From a virus (lineage: Duplodnaviria > Caudoviricetes), in the IMG/VR virus record IMGVR_UViG_3300005573_000237, positions 1 to 28,875 of that record: a stretch of DNA of 28,875 nucleotides, one strand, 5' to 3'. Below the pieces are notes generated by a model. The model did not search any database. It was not told the DNA's origin and saw only the letters and a list, made by a program, of their open reading frames with translations. Shown here in pieces: positions 9,545 through 19,334 of the stretch; the stretch's first letter is position 1; the number at the start of each line of letters is the position of its first letter. The translations under genes were made by a program, and so were the position numbers.

Positions 9545-10516
9545 TTACTGGCTTAGTGCGTTCTGGAGAATGTAAACTGCTTCTGGTCTTAGCACCTTCC
9601 ACGCGAACCTCTCGGATGCGGCTATGATCGTCAACCCCCTCTTGATGTCCCTATCCCTCTCGATGGTGATTCTCCTCCTATCCCCGCCGACCGCGGCTAT
9701 TGATGGTGCGGTTATCACTACGTCGCTGACCTTTGTCTGGTCGGTATCAGAGAAGTTTCTCCTCGGTAGGTATGGGGTCTCGACTATCTTCACGCCGTAG
9801 ATTGTTGGCAGCTCGCCGGTTGTTATGACCCTGGCCGAGAGCGTGTCTAATCCCTTGGCCGATAGATCTTTTCGCAGGTAGTAGGCGGCATATGGGTTCA
9901 CGAACATTACCAGCCCATCGGTCTGGAAGCCCTGATCCTCGAAGTAGCTTATCGCGGCATCAATATGGTCTATTGTCAATTGCGCCTTGTCTAGATTGAC
10001 GACTTGAGCGCCCTCAGCCGCGGTCAATTTCGATAAGCCCTTGAACAGGTTGCCGGCATCCGAGCCATCGCCCGCGCCCGTAAGCGCGTTTTTCTCCTCG
10101 ATCTCGGCGAACGCCTTTCCAAGGTGCATGACGCTTCTCGCTATCAAGTCGATCTTGGCCTCCTCCGAGGCCACGTCCGTTATGCTCGTCCAAGCCCTGA
10201 CCTCCTTCGCCACCAATTCAACCGGCGTGCCAAATGTTATCTTGCCCTCAGTCACCTCGGCCCCCTCGGCCGGGGCGTAGACCGCTATCGTGCCGGCCTC
10301 CTTATACCACTTCACGACATCGCTATCCATCGTGACCCATGGGAATAATTGTCTCACGACCGTCTTCTTCCAGATATATTCTATGATGTCTCTCGAGATC
10401 TCCGGCGGTATCTCGGGGAAGTTCGTGTCGCCGCTCGTTAATGCCTTGTAGAACTCCAGGTATGCTTCAGCCGATTTTGAGAAGCTTACTTTCGGCATGC
10501 TCATGATCATGCTCAC
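9545..10516 (-). CDS. Major capsid protein, HK97 fold
   Basis: IPPEISRDII, PAEGAEV, AFAEIEEKNALTGAG, TIYGVKIVETPYLP, ERFAWKVLRPEAV; exact start uncertain. Confidence 0.93.
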   Translation of the reverse strand: MSMIMSMPKVSFSKSAEAYLEFYKALTSGDTNFPEIPPEISRDIIEYIWKKTVVRQLFPWVTMDSDVVKWYKEAGTIAVYAPAEGAEVTEGKITFGTPVELVAKEVRAWTSITDVASEEAKIDLIARSVMHLGKAFAEIEEKNALTGAGDGSDAGNLFKGLSKLTAAEGAQVVNLDKAQLTIDHIDAAISYFEDQGFQTDGLVMFVNPYAAYYLRKDLSAKGLDTLSARVITTGELPTIYGVKIVETPYLPRRNFSDTDQTKVSDVVITAPSIAAVGGDRRRITIERDRDIKRGLTIIAASERFAWKVLRPEAVYILQNALSQ

Positions 10517-10530
10517 CCCGGGATTATTTT

Positions 10531-11754
10531 TTAGTCTGAAACCTCCCCATAGAGCTCCCTGTAAAGCTTGTAGAGTAGCGGCGCGCTTGATGGAGACCAG
10601 ATATGCTTAACCTCATCCGGCTTCTTGACGACCTCATCAGGCACGGCCATGCCCTTCTCGGCCCTCGGCTTAGCCTCCTGAGGCCTTGCTTCCTCGACCT
10701 TCACCTCCTCCCTTGCCTCGGATTTCTCAACCTTGGCCTTGTTCTCGATTTTCTCGAGAGATCTAGCATCAGCAATCATCGGGTAAAGCGCCTCAACCAT
10801 GGCCTTCTCACGCTCCCATGGAACCTCGTAATCCTCTGGGAGATGGCCTTCTCTCTTGAGCCTCGCCACAAGCCTCTCGAGCGCATTCTTTACCTCCGGC
10901 GGGGCCTTGACGCCCCGGGCGCCTGCAGCATACTTGATGGCCGTGATTATCCCGGACGTGACTAGCACCGGCTTCCCATCCACGATGTCGCCGACGGGCC
11001 ACGAGTAATCTCCCCTCTTCGTGCCGTCGCCCTCAACTCTCAAGAACAGCTTTGAGGCCTTTGACTTGTCTATCGTGCCATCCTCCTTCTCGGCCCACTT
11101 GAAGATCCGGGCGGCCGCGGCGTCGCCATCCCATTCTTCGCGCTTGACTATTGGCAGGTCGTAATCTACTTTCTCGAATGTTTTTTCCTGAGCTTCCGCG
11201 CTCATGGCCTTCTCGGGCTCAACCTTGATTATTTCCTTGAGAAGGCCGTCATCATCCACCACGAATGACTTTCCGAAGACGTTGATGATCCGCGCGAACG
11301 GGTTCATGCCCCGGGGCGTGAGGCTCACCTCCCGGATCTCCGCGTCCTCGATTATGTTGATGTTTCCCTCGCGCCTCATCTTTTTGATTACGCCGCCGAT
11401 CGAGAGCGCCTTGAGTATCCCGGCCTTGATCTTATCCCAGAGCCAGTTGAACGCCTTATAGATCCCCGCCTTAATCTTCAAGGCGCCATTTTCAAATTTG
11501 GCCTCGATGATTTCGCCGACTGGCTGGTCGCCCACCTCCTTGTTGCGGCCATGGAGTAGGAGGATTGGCTTACCCTTCAGGCTCTCGGCATTCCGAGCCA
11601 AGACCTCTGGGAGAAACTTATCGCCCTCGAGATCGATGTCGGGGGTGGAGGCCACGCCCTCTATGAAGCCGATGAACTTCTCATGTTCGCCCGCCTTTAT
11701 AACCTCGGGCTGGAACAAGACCACGAGGCTGAAGTTTTTATTTTCCTCGCTCAT
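10531..11754 (-). CDS. HK97-type prohead protease with additional C-terminal domain
   Basis: IEGVASTPDIDLEGD, ILLLHG, ALSIGG, IREVSLTPRGMNP. ATG 11754 preferred from promoter spacing. Confidence 0.9.
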   Translation of the reverse strand: MSEENKNFSLVVLFQPEVIKAGEHEKFIGFIEGVASTPDIDLEGDKFLPEVLARNAESLKGKPILLLHGRNKEVGDQPVGEIIEAKFENGALKIKAGIYKAFNWLWDKIKAGILKALSIGGVIKKMRREGNINIIEDAEIREVSLTPRGMNPFARIINVFGKSFVVDDDGLLKEIIKVEPEKAMSAEAQEKTFEKVDYDLPIVKREEWDGDAAAARIFKWAEKEDGTIDKSKASKLFLRVEGDGTKRGDYSWPVGDIVDGKPVLVTSGIITAIKYAAGARGVKAPPEVKNALERLVARLKREGHLPEDYEVPWEREKAMVEALYPMIADARSLEKIENKAKVEKSEAREEVKVEEARPQEAKPRAEKGMAVPDEVVKKPDEVKHIWSPSSAPLLYKLYRELYGEVSD

Positions 11755-11807
11755 GGCCCTCAAGCCGCCCTAAGGTCTTAATTATTTGAAATTCTCAGTT
11801 ATCTAGC

Positions 11808-12056
11808 TCAATCGAGGTTACTTTTCTTTTCTAGATCCTCGCTCCTCTTGATCAAGCCGGCCAGTAGCACGGCCTTGCCGAGAACTGTTAAATCCTCCAC
11901 GGCCCCATCCATTATCAGCTCAACATCAAAAACAAAGCCATGATCACGATAGCTCTTCAAAACACTCATGAGATCCTCAATTAAGTCTATAACCTTACCC
12001 TTCCCCTCACCTAAGCCGGAGTAGCTGATTTTCACCGCGACCACTAGGGAGCCCAT
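11808..12056 (-). CDS. Hypothetical protein
   Basis: ORF co-oriented with the head module; no recognised motif. Confidence 0.5.
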   Translation of the reverse strand: MGSLVVAVKISYSGLGEGKGKVIDLIEDLMSVLKSYRDHGFVFDVELIMDGAVEDLTVLGKAVLLAGLIKRSEDLEKKSNLD

Positions 12057-12175
12057 AAGCGTAAGCCCAGCCTCGTGACCGGCCTATCATAATACATGGC
12101 TATACTACATGGTCTCATGATGCTGGCGCATACTAAGCCGAGGGGCTTATCCTCGATCTGAATTGTCCTCTGCAT
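12044..12175 (-). CDS. Small hypothetical protein (43 aa, MQRTIQIEDKPLG...)
   Basis: ATG lies exactly 35 nt from a TTTCAG promoter motif. Confidence 0.4.
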   Translation of the reverse strand: MQRTIQIEDKPLGLVCASIMRPCSIAMYYDRPVTRLGLRLWAP

Positions 12176-12215
12176 GGCCACATCTCATCCTCATCCGGTA
12201 AAAAATCTGAAAATC

Positions 12216-13514
12216 TTACCACTTCCAGACCGGGGTAATCATGACCCGGTCAAATGGCCTCGAGGCCGCCCATGCCGCGAGGGCTAGGCTTACCACGTAG
12301 TCGTCATGCGAGCCAGATGGCGCCTCATATTTTACGCGCCCACCCTTCTCCTGAACCCTTTGGAACTGCCTGAGTTGATTGATAAGCTCGGCGGCGTCCA
12401 CGGGGATGGTCACGCGCTTGGCCCGCATGTGATTATAGAGGTTTAGGATCATGGCCTCCTTGCTCGTGGCAGTGAACGTTACGCCCTCCACCTCAGGGTA
12501 TTCGCAGCTTAGAAAATCATGCATGGGGATTCCCAGCCCGGTCTTGTCTATCAAGACCTTTGCCGGCTTGAGCGCCTTGATGAGCATCTTGATGTATTCG
12601 AGTTGCTCGACCATGTCCACGCCCAGAAATTCCTTTAGAAAGATCACCTTCATCCCTTGATCAATTTTCTCGAGAACGGTTATGACCGTTGAATCACGAT
12701 AGCGGCCAAAATCTATGCCGATGAAAACCGGGTTATTGGTCTTATACTCATCAGGGATTACCAGCGAGTAATCCTCGGCACATGCCAAAATCATCTCATA
12801 CGGGAACAGCGCGTTCAGCTCATCCAGAAACTCCATTTCCATCTCCTGCGCCCACTCTAGCGGCGTCATGCTCGCCTTCATGCCTTCGAGATCACTTTCC
12901 GTGATGTGTGGGGCCATGCTATAATGAACTTTATGCTTGCTAAATGTCTCGCTCATCCACGCCTCATAAAACCACCCGCGCTTACCTTTCGGGGTTGAGA
13001 TGAGCGATAGGCGGCCCTCGCGGCCCGCTATCGTCGGGATGATCGCGGCCTTGATCTCGAAGTCGTTCTTGAACATGGCGGCCTCATCCACGTAGACGTG
13101 ATCCGCGCGGAATCCCCTGATCGCGTCCGGGTTGTTCGGCAGGCTGACTATACGGCTCCCGTTCTCGAACTCGACCTGGGTCTTCGTCTCGCTCAATGTC
13201 GCGTTAAAGGTATAGACATCGTCGCCGACCCTTATCCTGATGCCCTTCCACCTGTTAATATGCTCCTTAACTTTTCGGAAGAGCTCTAGCGACTGGCGCA
13301 TCGAGAAGCTCACGAGGAGTATCGTGAAATTCGGGTTGAGAAGCGAATCCAAAAAGCTCTCAAGCGCGATTAGGAATGAGCCTCCCACTGCCCTGGACTT
13401 GAGCATTATCCTGAACCGGCTATTATCGTCAAGCCATTTCTTCTGCCAATCGTATAGCTTGATATTTGTTTCAGCGGCCTCTACCACGAGCTGAGCCAGA
13501 AGACTCTTCCGCAT
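12216..13514 (-). CDS. terL: Terminase large subunit
   Basis: LYDWQ, KSRAVGGS (Walker A variant), VYVDEAA, ISTPKG, GIDFGRYRD, IDKTGLG, HDDYVVSLALA. Confidence 0.95.
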   Translation of the reverse strand: MRKSLLAQLVVEAAETNIKLYDWQKKWLDDNSRFRIMLKSRAVGGSFLIALESFLDSLLNPNFTILLVSFSMRQSLELFRKVKEHINRWKGIRIRVGDDVYTFNATLSETKTQVEFENGSRIVSLPNNPDAIRGFRADHVYVDEAAMFKNDFEIKAAIIPTIAGREGRLSLISTPKGKRGWFYEAWMSETFSKHKVHYSMAPHITESDLEGMKASMTPLEWAQEMEMEFLDELNALFPYEMILACAEDYSLVIPDEYKTNNPVFIGIDFGRYRDSTVITVLEKIDQGMKVIFLKEFLGVDMVEQLEYIKMLIKALKPAKVLIDKTGLGIPMHDFLSCEYPEVEGVTFTATSKEAMILNLYNHMRAKRVTIPVDAAELINQLRQFQRVQEKGGRVKYEAPSGSHDDYVVSLALAAWAASRPFDRVMITPVWKW

Positions 13515-13689
13515 ACTCGGTCAGCCGCTCGTTCAAGATCGCGATTAGATATTTAATCTCAGAGCGCTTGGCCCTAGCCCGCACGATAATCTCATCTCCA
13601 GCCTCCTCTATCATGATCGAGAGGCCTCCAAGCAATTGGCCTACCGGCTCTTTTGGCCCGCCGAAAACCGCCTTATGCTTGCCCGGCAT
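13471..13689 (-). CDS. Hypothetical protein
   Basis: Promoter motif 34 nt upstream; overlaps the terL start. Confidence 0.55.
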   Translation of the reverse strand: MPGKHKAVFGGPKEPVGQLLGGLSIMIEEAGDEIIVRARAKRSEIKYLIAILNERLTEYAEESSGSARGRGR

Positions 13690-13731
13690 GGCTCATCACT
13701 CTTTAGCGTCATAAAAAATCTGAGAGGTCGC

Positions 13732-14025
13732 TTATTTTCTCGCGGGCTTCTTTCTACGCCTCGGCTTCTCATCCTCGGTGATCTTCTTAATTGGTGCCTG
13801 AACCTCAATTGGCGATGGAGCTTGGGTCGGGGCCTCCTCGGCTTCTTCAACTATGTCTTGAAAGGCCACGGCAATAATTCTAGCAACCGAGACGGTTTCA
13901 TCGGGATTCACGACCTCGGCGTTCCAGATGGTCATGCCGCCTTGATCCATGCCGCCGACCTCGCCTTTCACCTTTCTGCCATCCTTCAGCTTGATTTCAA
14001 CCACTTGGCCTACCTGAAACTTCAT
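13732..14025 (-). CDS. Sm/LSm-fold-like protein with Pro/Lys-rich tail
   Basis: VVEIKLKDGRKVKGEVGGMDQGGMTIWNAEV resembles the Sm1 motif. Confidence 0.6.
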   Translation of the reverse strand: MKFQVGQVVEIKLKDGRKVKGEVGGMDQGGMTIWNAEVVNPDETVSVARIIAVAFQDIVEEAEEAPTQAPSPIEVQAPIKKITEDEKPRRRKKPARK

Positions 14026-14075
14026 GGCCACGCCTTTGTTTTGATGTTTTAAAGTCTTGAAACTCCCCTCAGGCC

Positions 14076-15950
14076 ATGAGCTTTTTCAAAGGCCTCGTGA
14101 GGTTGTTCACGAAGCAGGAGGAGAAGGGGCTCGCCGACATAATTTATGGCTGGAGGTGGGGCGAGCCGAAGCCGCTTGACCAAAAGCAACTACTCGACTT
14201 GGTTGAAGGAAATGATTATCTTAGGGCCGCCATCGAGGCCACGGTGAACGCTGCGCTCGTGAACGGCTGGATCATTGTCGGCGATAACGAGGCCGAGAAG
14301 AACAAGGTTGAGAGCTGGATAAGCGAGAACGAGGATGATTTCTATCTTTTCTTGCGTAACTTGCTTTACACAGCCAGGATTTTTGGCGAGGCCTACATCG
14401 AGGTTTACGCCGAGCCGGTTTTCAAGGTTCTCGACACATGGAGCATGCAAGTCATCCGTGATGAATACGGTCGTATCACAGGTTACGTTCAGAGGATCGC
14501 GGGCCGCGAGGTAAGATTTGAGCCGAATGAGGTCGTGAGAATCGTTCTTCATCCGCTTGGCACCCGGGCCTATGGGTCGCCGATAACCGCCACGCTCAGG
14601 AGAACCTTAGAGGGCCAGATGTATGCTGAGTTGTTCATTAGGGATGCATTCATGCGGAAAGGCGTCTTGAGCAAGGCATTCGTGATGAAATCCGGCGGCG
14701 AGGAGGACTTCAAGCGCCTCATGGAGGTGATTAATAGCTCGAGCCCGGGATCGAGCCTAATAATCAAGGGCGACATTGAAATACAGGATCTCGGCCATCC
14801 ATTCCGTGAATTGGAAATTCTTGAGTTGTTGCGCGAGTATAGGCAGAAGATCATAAGCGTCTCCGGGGTGCCGCCGATATTGCTTGGCCTTGAGGGCGGC
14901 ACCAATCTCGAGACATCGCGAAACCAGATTAATAGCTTCGTGATGATGGTTGAGAGCCTGCAGAGGATCATTAGCGCGGGGGTAACCGAGGCCATAAGGA
15001 GAAGGTTAGGCGTTAAGAGCATCAGGTTCATGCTTCAGGCTTGGACGAACCCGGAGCAGGAGACTCGGCTCCATGTCATGAGGGTTCAGGCCGGCATCGA
15101 GACGATTAACGAGGCGAGGAGGGCGCTCGGCCTAGAGGAGCTTGACCACCCGATAGCCAACATACCGATTCCATTCCTGCAGATTGCGGCGCGCGGCGGC
15201 TTCACGGAGCTCGACATCGAGACCGCGATAGGCCAATTACTAGCCCAGAGCGGCCAAGCCGTGCCGGAGAAGTCTCTAGTCAAGCAGGCGGATTATGATG
15301 AGTATGACCAAGAGGTCTTGAAAATTGAGAAGCGGTTGAAGAGGGAGCTGAGGAGCTTTTTTCGTAAAATAGTGAATGATGATTCGCCTAATTACCGCGC
15401 CAAGTGGGAGCCGCAGGTCAAGGATGTCTTGAGGCGATACTTGCTCTACTCGGCCCTGCAAGGAATCTTTTACGTTGATGGCCTCTCGACCGCGCCGCCG
15501 AATATCTCGCTCGCCGAGAGGGCTGTGAACAAGATCCTGCCGGTCTTTCTCGATGATTTCTTCATGGTGGTTGCGGATAAGAAGGCTGGATTAGTTAAGC
15601 CATCAAAGCCGGCGCGCAATTATCGGACCTTATTCAAGGCGGGCTATGATGAGGAGGAGGGCGAGGTTACGGAGGAGGATCTTTATCCGGCGCAGCGCCT
15701 CGATTATGAGGGGAGGGTAGATGCTATTGCGCAGGTCTCGGTCTGGGGCATCTTTAACATGCTCATCGCGTGGTCTGCCCGCGACGCGGGCTTTCAAAAG
15801 GTCGTCTGGGTCACTAGAATGGATGAGAAGACATGTTCAGAATGCGCCTCGCTTGACGGCATGGAGTGGAGCGTGGGCGAGCTTGACTCCGCCGGGTTCA
15901 TGTCTCCTCCAATCCATCCCAATTGCCGATGCCGCCTAATCGTGGCGTAA
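14076..15950 (+). CDS. Portal protein fused to a MuF (SPP1 gp7-like) domain
   Basis: FGEAYIE, GRITGYVQ, FEPNEVV, YGSPI, GVPPILLG, TINEARRALGL; C-terminal WVTRMDEKTCSECASLDG...PPIHPNCRC. Confidence 0.93.
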   Translation: MSFFKGLVRLFTKQEEKGLADIIYGWRWGEPKPLDQKQLLDLVEGNDYLRAAIEATVNAALVNGWIIVGDNEAEKNKVESWISENEDDFYLFLRNLLYTARIFGEAYIEVYAEPVFKVLDTWSMQVIRDEYGRITGYVQRIAGREVRFEPNEVVRIVLHPLGTRAYGSPITATLRRTLEGQMYAELFIRDAFMRKGVLSKAFVMKSGGEEDFKRLMEVINSSSPGSSLIIKGDIEIQDLGHPFRELEILELLREYRQKIISVSGVPPILLGLEGGTNLETSRNQINSFVMMVESLQRIISAGVTEAIRRRLGVKSIRFMLQAWTNPEQETRLHVMRVQAGIETINEARRALGLEELDHPIANIPIPFLQIAARGGFTELDIETAIGQLLAQSGQAVPEKSLVKQADYDEYDQEVLKIEKRLKRELRSFFRKIVNDDSPNYRAKWEPQVKDVLRRYLLYSALQGIFYVDGLSTAPPNISLAERAVNKILPVFLDDFFMVVADKKAGLVKPSKPARNYRTLFKAGYDEEEGEVTEEDLYPAQRLDYEGRVDAIAQVSVWGIFNMLIAWSARDAGFQKVVWVTRMDEKTCSECASLDGMEWSVGELDSAGFMSPPIHPNCRCRLIVA

Positions 15951-15952
15951 AA

Positions 15953-16117
15953 ATGATGGAGCTTGGTCTCGAGCTTTTTCTCTGGTTTTTCGTCATCTTC
16001 TCGGCGGATTTATGCGCGGCCTTAGTAGAAGACATTATCAACCGGAAAAAGAAAAGCGTCAAGAGATACAAGAGACGATACCCGAGCTTCATTTTGAGAA
16101 GAGTTCTCAGGGGTTAG
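15953..16117 (+). CDS. Small single-TM protein with basic tail
   Basis: MMELGLELFLWFFVIFSA...; starts just after the portal stop. Confidence 0.5.
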   Translation: MMELGLELFLWFFVIFSADLCAALVEDIINRKKKSVKRYKRRYPSFILRRVLRG

Positions 16118-16186
16118 CCGGAGGCCCCGCCATCCGGCCCGATACCATCAAGTTGATGGTGGAGCCCGCCATTGCGGGGCGCCTCT

Positions 16187-16408
16187 TTATGCGGCTAACC
16201 CCATTTTCTTTTTGGCGCTTTCTTTTAAAAGCCTTAGACGGCCTTGGATCTCCTTGCGCCTCCTGGCGCCATAGATCATGCTGAACAGGATTGAGAGGAT
16301 TGAGAGGATGAGGCTTGAAATGCTTTGATCTAGGTAGCCGATTATGTTGGCTATGGCGACTATGAGGGATAAAAGTATTAGCAGGATCTCTAGCAGTTGT
16401 GAGCGCAT
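16187..16408 (-). CDS. Two-TM membrane protein with basic C-terminus (holin-like candidate)
   Basis: Two hydrophobic helices followed by RRRKE...KKK; TTTCAAG promoter motif upstream. Confidence 0.65.
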   Translation of the reverse strand: MRSQLLEILLILLSLIVAIANIIGYLDQSISSLILSILSILFSMIYGARRRKEIQGRLRLLKESAKKKMGLAA

Positions 16409-16499
16409 GCCATTAACGCGATTGCTTCATTTGCTTAAGGTCTTGAAAAGATACCTTGGCGGGGAGGTTTATTTAGTCAAGACCGTCAAGGGCGAGAAG

Positions 16500-16967
16500 G
16501 TGGTGATCAGTAGAAAATGTGTAGTATGTAAGCACCCGCAACGCGCCGAGATCGAGAAAATGCTCCTAGAAGGCCACACGTATAAGGAGATTTGCGAGAA
16601 GTTCGGGCTTGATGACTCCTCGCTCCAGAGGCATTTCAAGAATCACATGCCGCGCCTTATCTTGGACCAGGAGCAGATTGAGAGGCTCTATGAGGAACAT
16701 CGGGTTAAGCAGATAGACTTGGCCGAGGAATTATTTAAGTTGATAGCGCGGCTTGAGCAACTGTATCAAAAACTCGAGAAATTGGACGAGAGGTTTTTCG
16801 GGGAGGGGAAAAAAATCTCGCCGCATGCTTTCGTCGAGAGCATCGGGGAGAGGAGGCAGATAATTCAGCAAATTCGGGAGACATTATTGACCATAAACGA
16901 GCTAAAGAGCGAGATCAAGACCGAGAAAGACTTAACCGAGCTATTGCAGCGGCTCAAGCAGCTTTAA
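16500..16967 (+). CDS. Zn-binding HTH protein, possible terminase small subunit
   Basis: CVVCKHPQRAEIEKMLLEGHTYKEICEKFGL...LQRHFKNH followed by coiled coils; start (GTG near 16500-16503) uncertain. Confidence 0.6.
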   Translation: MVISRKCVVCKHPQRAEIEKMLLEGHTYKEICEKFGLDDSSLQRHFKNHMPRLILDQEQIERLYEEHRVKQIDLAEELFKLIARLEQLYQKLEKLDERFFGEGKKISPHAFVESIGERRQIIQQIRETLLTINELKSEIKTEKDLTELLQRLKQL

Positions 16968-16977
16968 AAAAGAAGTA

Positions 16978-17059
16978 TATAAAGTTTTTCATTCACTAAT
17001 CCCGTGCAAACGGGATTGGGTAGAGGATGTAGAGGATGTAGAGGTTTCCTCGAGGCTAT
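16978..17059 (+). repeat. Left copy of about 80-bp inverted repeat (hairpin plus three 9-bp-period AGAGG units)
   Basis: 17012-17047 is the exact reverse complement of 19882-19917 (36 bp). Confidence 0.9.
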
Positions 17060-18536
17060 CTATATTCACGCCATATGCCTCCGCCAACTCCTTGAGCCTA
17101 TTAAGGTCTATGTAATAATATGTCCGGCCCCTCTGCCTACTCCTCTTGAAGCCCATCGAGGAGAGCTGCCGCCCGATGCGCTCCGGCGTCCAGTATCTAC
17201 TCATGTTCTTATAATCTAGGTCGTTTTCGCGGTATTCGTCGAGGATGAAGTCCCTGATGGTCTGCAATGTCAAGAATCCGCTCTCATGAACATTGCTTAA
17301 TAGGCAATAGATTATCGTGATTAAGTCGCTATCTATTCTGAGTGATTGCTTGAGCATCACGTCTTGCTCCAGCATCTCCATAATGGCCTCCTCCAGCTCC
17401 TTGGCCCTATCAGGCATGTAGCCCTTCAACCAATACATGATTACGAGAAGCGGCCTCCATAGCTCATGCTCGCGCCCCACGAGATACTGCTGCTTAGGCA
17501 GCTCTGTGAAATCCATATCTTTCATTTGATATAGCTCGTCAAATTTATTGAATGCCATAAGGTATATCTTATCACGCATATTCACTAGCTCATCCGATAC
17601 GGTTCTATTCAGCTTTTCAATGTTTGTTCCTCTTCTCATATTCACGATGATGCATCTTGATAGTAGGACGTCATGCGGGTAATTTATGCTAGCCATAATT
17701 TTGGGCGAGTAGACGCGGAAGACCCTTACGTTTTTCACCTTGTCGCCCTCAACCCTCAAGACGCTCCCGGAATCCTTCTTGTAGCCCGAGAACAATAATG
17801 ACTGGAGCTCGCTCCTCTTCTCGCTATCACGTAGATACTCGCTCTCATCAATGCATAATGTGGCCCCGAAAACCTCTATCAGCCTAAACAATGCCGAGAC
17901 TGAGAGATTGACACTTGCGATGCCGTTAAAGCATAGCTTCTCGAATATGCTGAGCGTCTTCGTCTTTCCCGACTCCATGGCTCCGAATAAATAAAGGTAG
18001 GGGAATGTTGGGAAGAGTTTGTAGAAGTAGGTGCCTATCGTGTAGATCGTGAATAGTATCAGCTTCTCCTTCTCGGCATCAAGATAATAGTCGAAGATCC
18101 CGTAAATCAGGTCAAAGACCTCTGCGGGCGACACGTTGCTATTGCTGTTGAACCTGAAGACGCGGCTACTAGTCTGCTCAAAGTTCTTGAAAAACCTCTC
18201 GCTAAAATGCTTGTATGGGTATTTCGCCGCCTTCCACTTCACGTCATCTAGCGGCGTGATCCTCAACTCATGGAAGTCGAGCTCGTTGCCGCGGTAGGCC
18301 TTTCTAACTGTAAGTAGAAAGTTGTCGAGGTCTCTCCTGATCTTCATGCCTTTCTTGGTCTTTTTCCGCCTCTCCATCGGTAGCGTCACGATCATCTCTA
18401 GGTCATAGTAATATGCGCCCGGCAATCCCGACTCCTTCCGCGAGAAGCTTATGCCGCCTGCCAGCTCAAACTCCCGCCAAGCCTCCTCATCCAAAAGCAA
18501 AATCGTCTCAACACTTTCTTCTAGGGGTTCAGACAT
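16989..18536 (-). CDS. P-loop ATPase, putative replication protein/helicase (DUF3631-like)
   Basis: FPYLYLFGAMESGKT, TLCIDESE, SGYKK, LLSRCII, GREHELWRPLL; possible C-terminal wHTH. Confidence 0.75.
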   Translation of the reverse strand: MSEPLEESVETILLLDEEAWREFELAGGISFSRKESGLPGAYYYDLEMIVTLPMERRKKTKKGMKIRRDLDNFLLTVRKAYRGNELDFHELRITPLDDVKWKAAKYPYKHFSERFFKNFEQTSSRVFRFNSNSNVSPAEVFDLIYGIFDYYLDAEKEKLILFTIYTIGTYFYKLFPTFPYLYLFGAMESGKTKTLSIFEKLCFNGIASVNLSVSALFRLIEVFGATLCIDESEYLRDSEKRSELQSLLFSGYKKDSGSVLRVEGDKVKNVRVFRVYSPKIMASINYPHDVLLSRCIIVNMRRGTNIEKLNRTVSDELVNMRDKIYLMAFNKFDELYQMKDMDFTELPKQQYLVGREHELWRPLLVIMYWLKGYMPDRAKELEEAIMEMLEQDVMLKQSLRIDSDLITIIYCLLSNVHESGFLTLQTIRDFILDEYRENDLDYKNMSRYWTPERIGRQLSSMGFKRSRQRGRTYYYIDLNRLKELAEAYGVNIDSLEETSTSSTSSTQSRLHGISE

Positions 18537-18564
18537 GGCCCATCACCATTTCCCTCTTTTCTCG

Positions 18565-19305
18565 CTACTTCAGCAGGAGATTGGTTAAGTCGCTTAAATC
18601 CACGATAATCTCCTTTCCCTGGTCCTCGCCCCTAAACTTCGTTATCTTGATGCGCCTATTGGTTAGGCCCGTGAACTTGTAGATCTCCTTGCTAATGAAT
18701 CCAAGCGTGTTCCCGCCTATCCACTCATATTCTAGCTCTTGGCCTTGTTCCTGCTCTTGTTCCTGCCTTTGCTTTAGCATCTTTCCCACTTGCGATTTCG
18801 CCTGCGCGATGTAGATTATCGGGCATCCAAATTGGAATAGATATCTGCTCCACATCTCGACCTTTCCTTGGAATTCTTGCGTTATCATCGACTTGTATTC
18901 TGGCTTTGCTCTCTTGACCTCGCCGGCGTAATGCCATGTTATGCTATCAACCACAACTATGCAAGGGTCTTTGACCAATTTCGCCAACCCCATTATCGTG
19001 GCCTCCTCGCCCTTGCTTCTCCCACCAAGTAGATTATTTAGGTCGGCGTTCGTTCTAGCCGCTATGAAAACAACATTGGAAATGTCGCCGAAAATTGACG
19101 CCGTCTTCTTTGATAGGCTACAATCGGGCTCGCCAGTCTCCGTGTTTATGTAAACCGCCTTTTTCTTGAGCCTGTTGCTCAGCTGGACGCATATCGCGAG
19201 GGCCGTCAATGTTTTACCGCTAGCATAGTTGCCATAGAATAACGTTACTTCCCCGGGCCATAGGCCCCCACCAAGCCGATCTATCACAGTTCCCGTCTCG
19301 ATCAT
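18565..19305 (-). CDS. RadB/RecA-family ATPase
   Basis: ETGTVIDRLGGGLWPGEVTLFYGNYASGKT, VYINTE, IVVVDSIT. Confidence 0.88.
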   Translation of the reverse strand: MIETGTVIDRLGGGLWPGEVTLFYGNYASGKTLTALAICVQLSNRLKKKAVYINTETGEPDCSLSKKTASIFGDISNVVFIAARTNADLNNLLGGRSKGEEATIMGLAKLVKDPCIVVVDSITWHYAGEVKRAKPEYKSMITQEFQGKVEMWSRYLFQFGCPIIYIAQAKSQVGKMLKQRQEQEQEQGQELEYEWIGGNTLGFISKEIYKFTGLTNRRIKITKFRGEDQGKEIIVDLSDLTNLLLK

Positions 19306-19334
19306 GTAATATAATCAAAAACCCCGGTTTTTCT

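Noticed and set aside
1135-13494. Numerous + strand ORFs opposite the structural genes
   Set aside because: Antisense shadows of well-supported genes with no motifs; 9216-9497 is the exception.
16286-16312. 9-bp tandem repeat with GAGGAT core resembling the inverted-repeat iterons
   Set aside because: Encodes ILS-ILS-IL in a TM helix; coding explains it.
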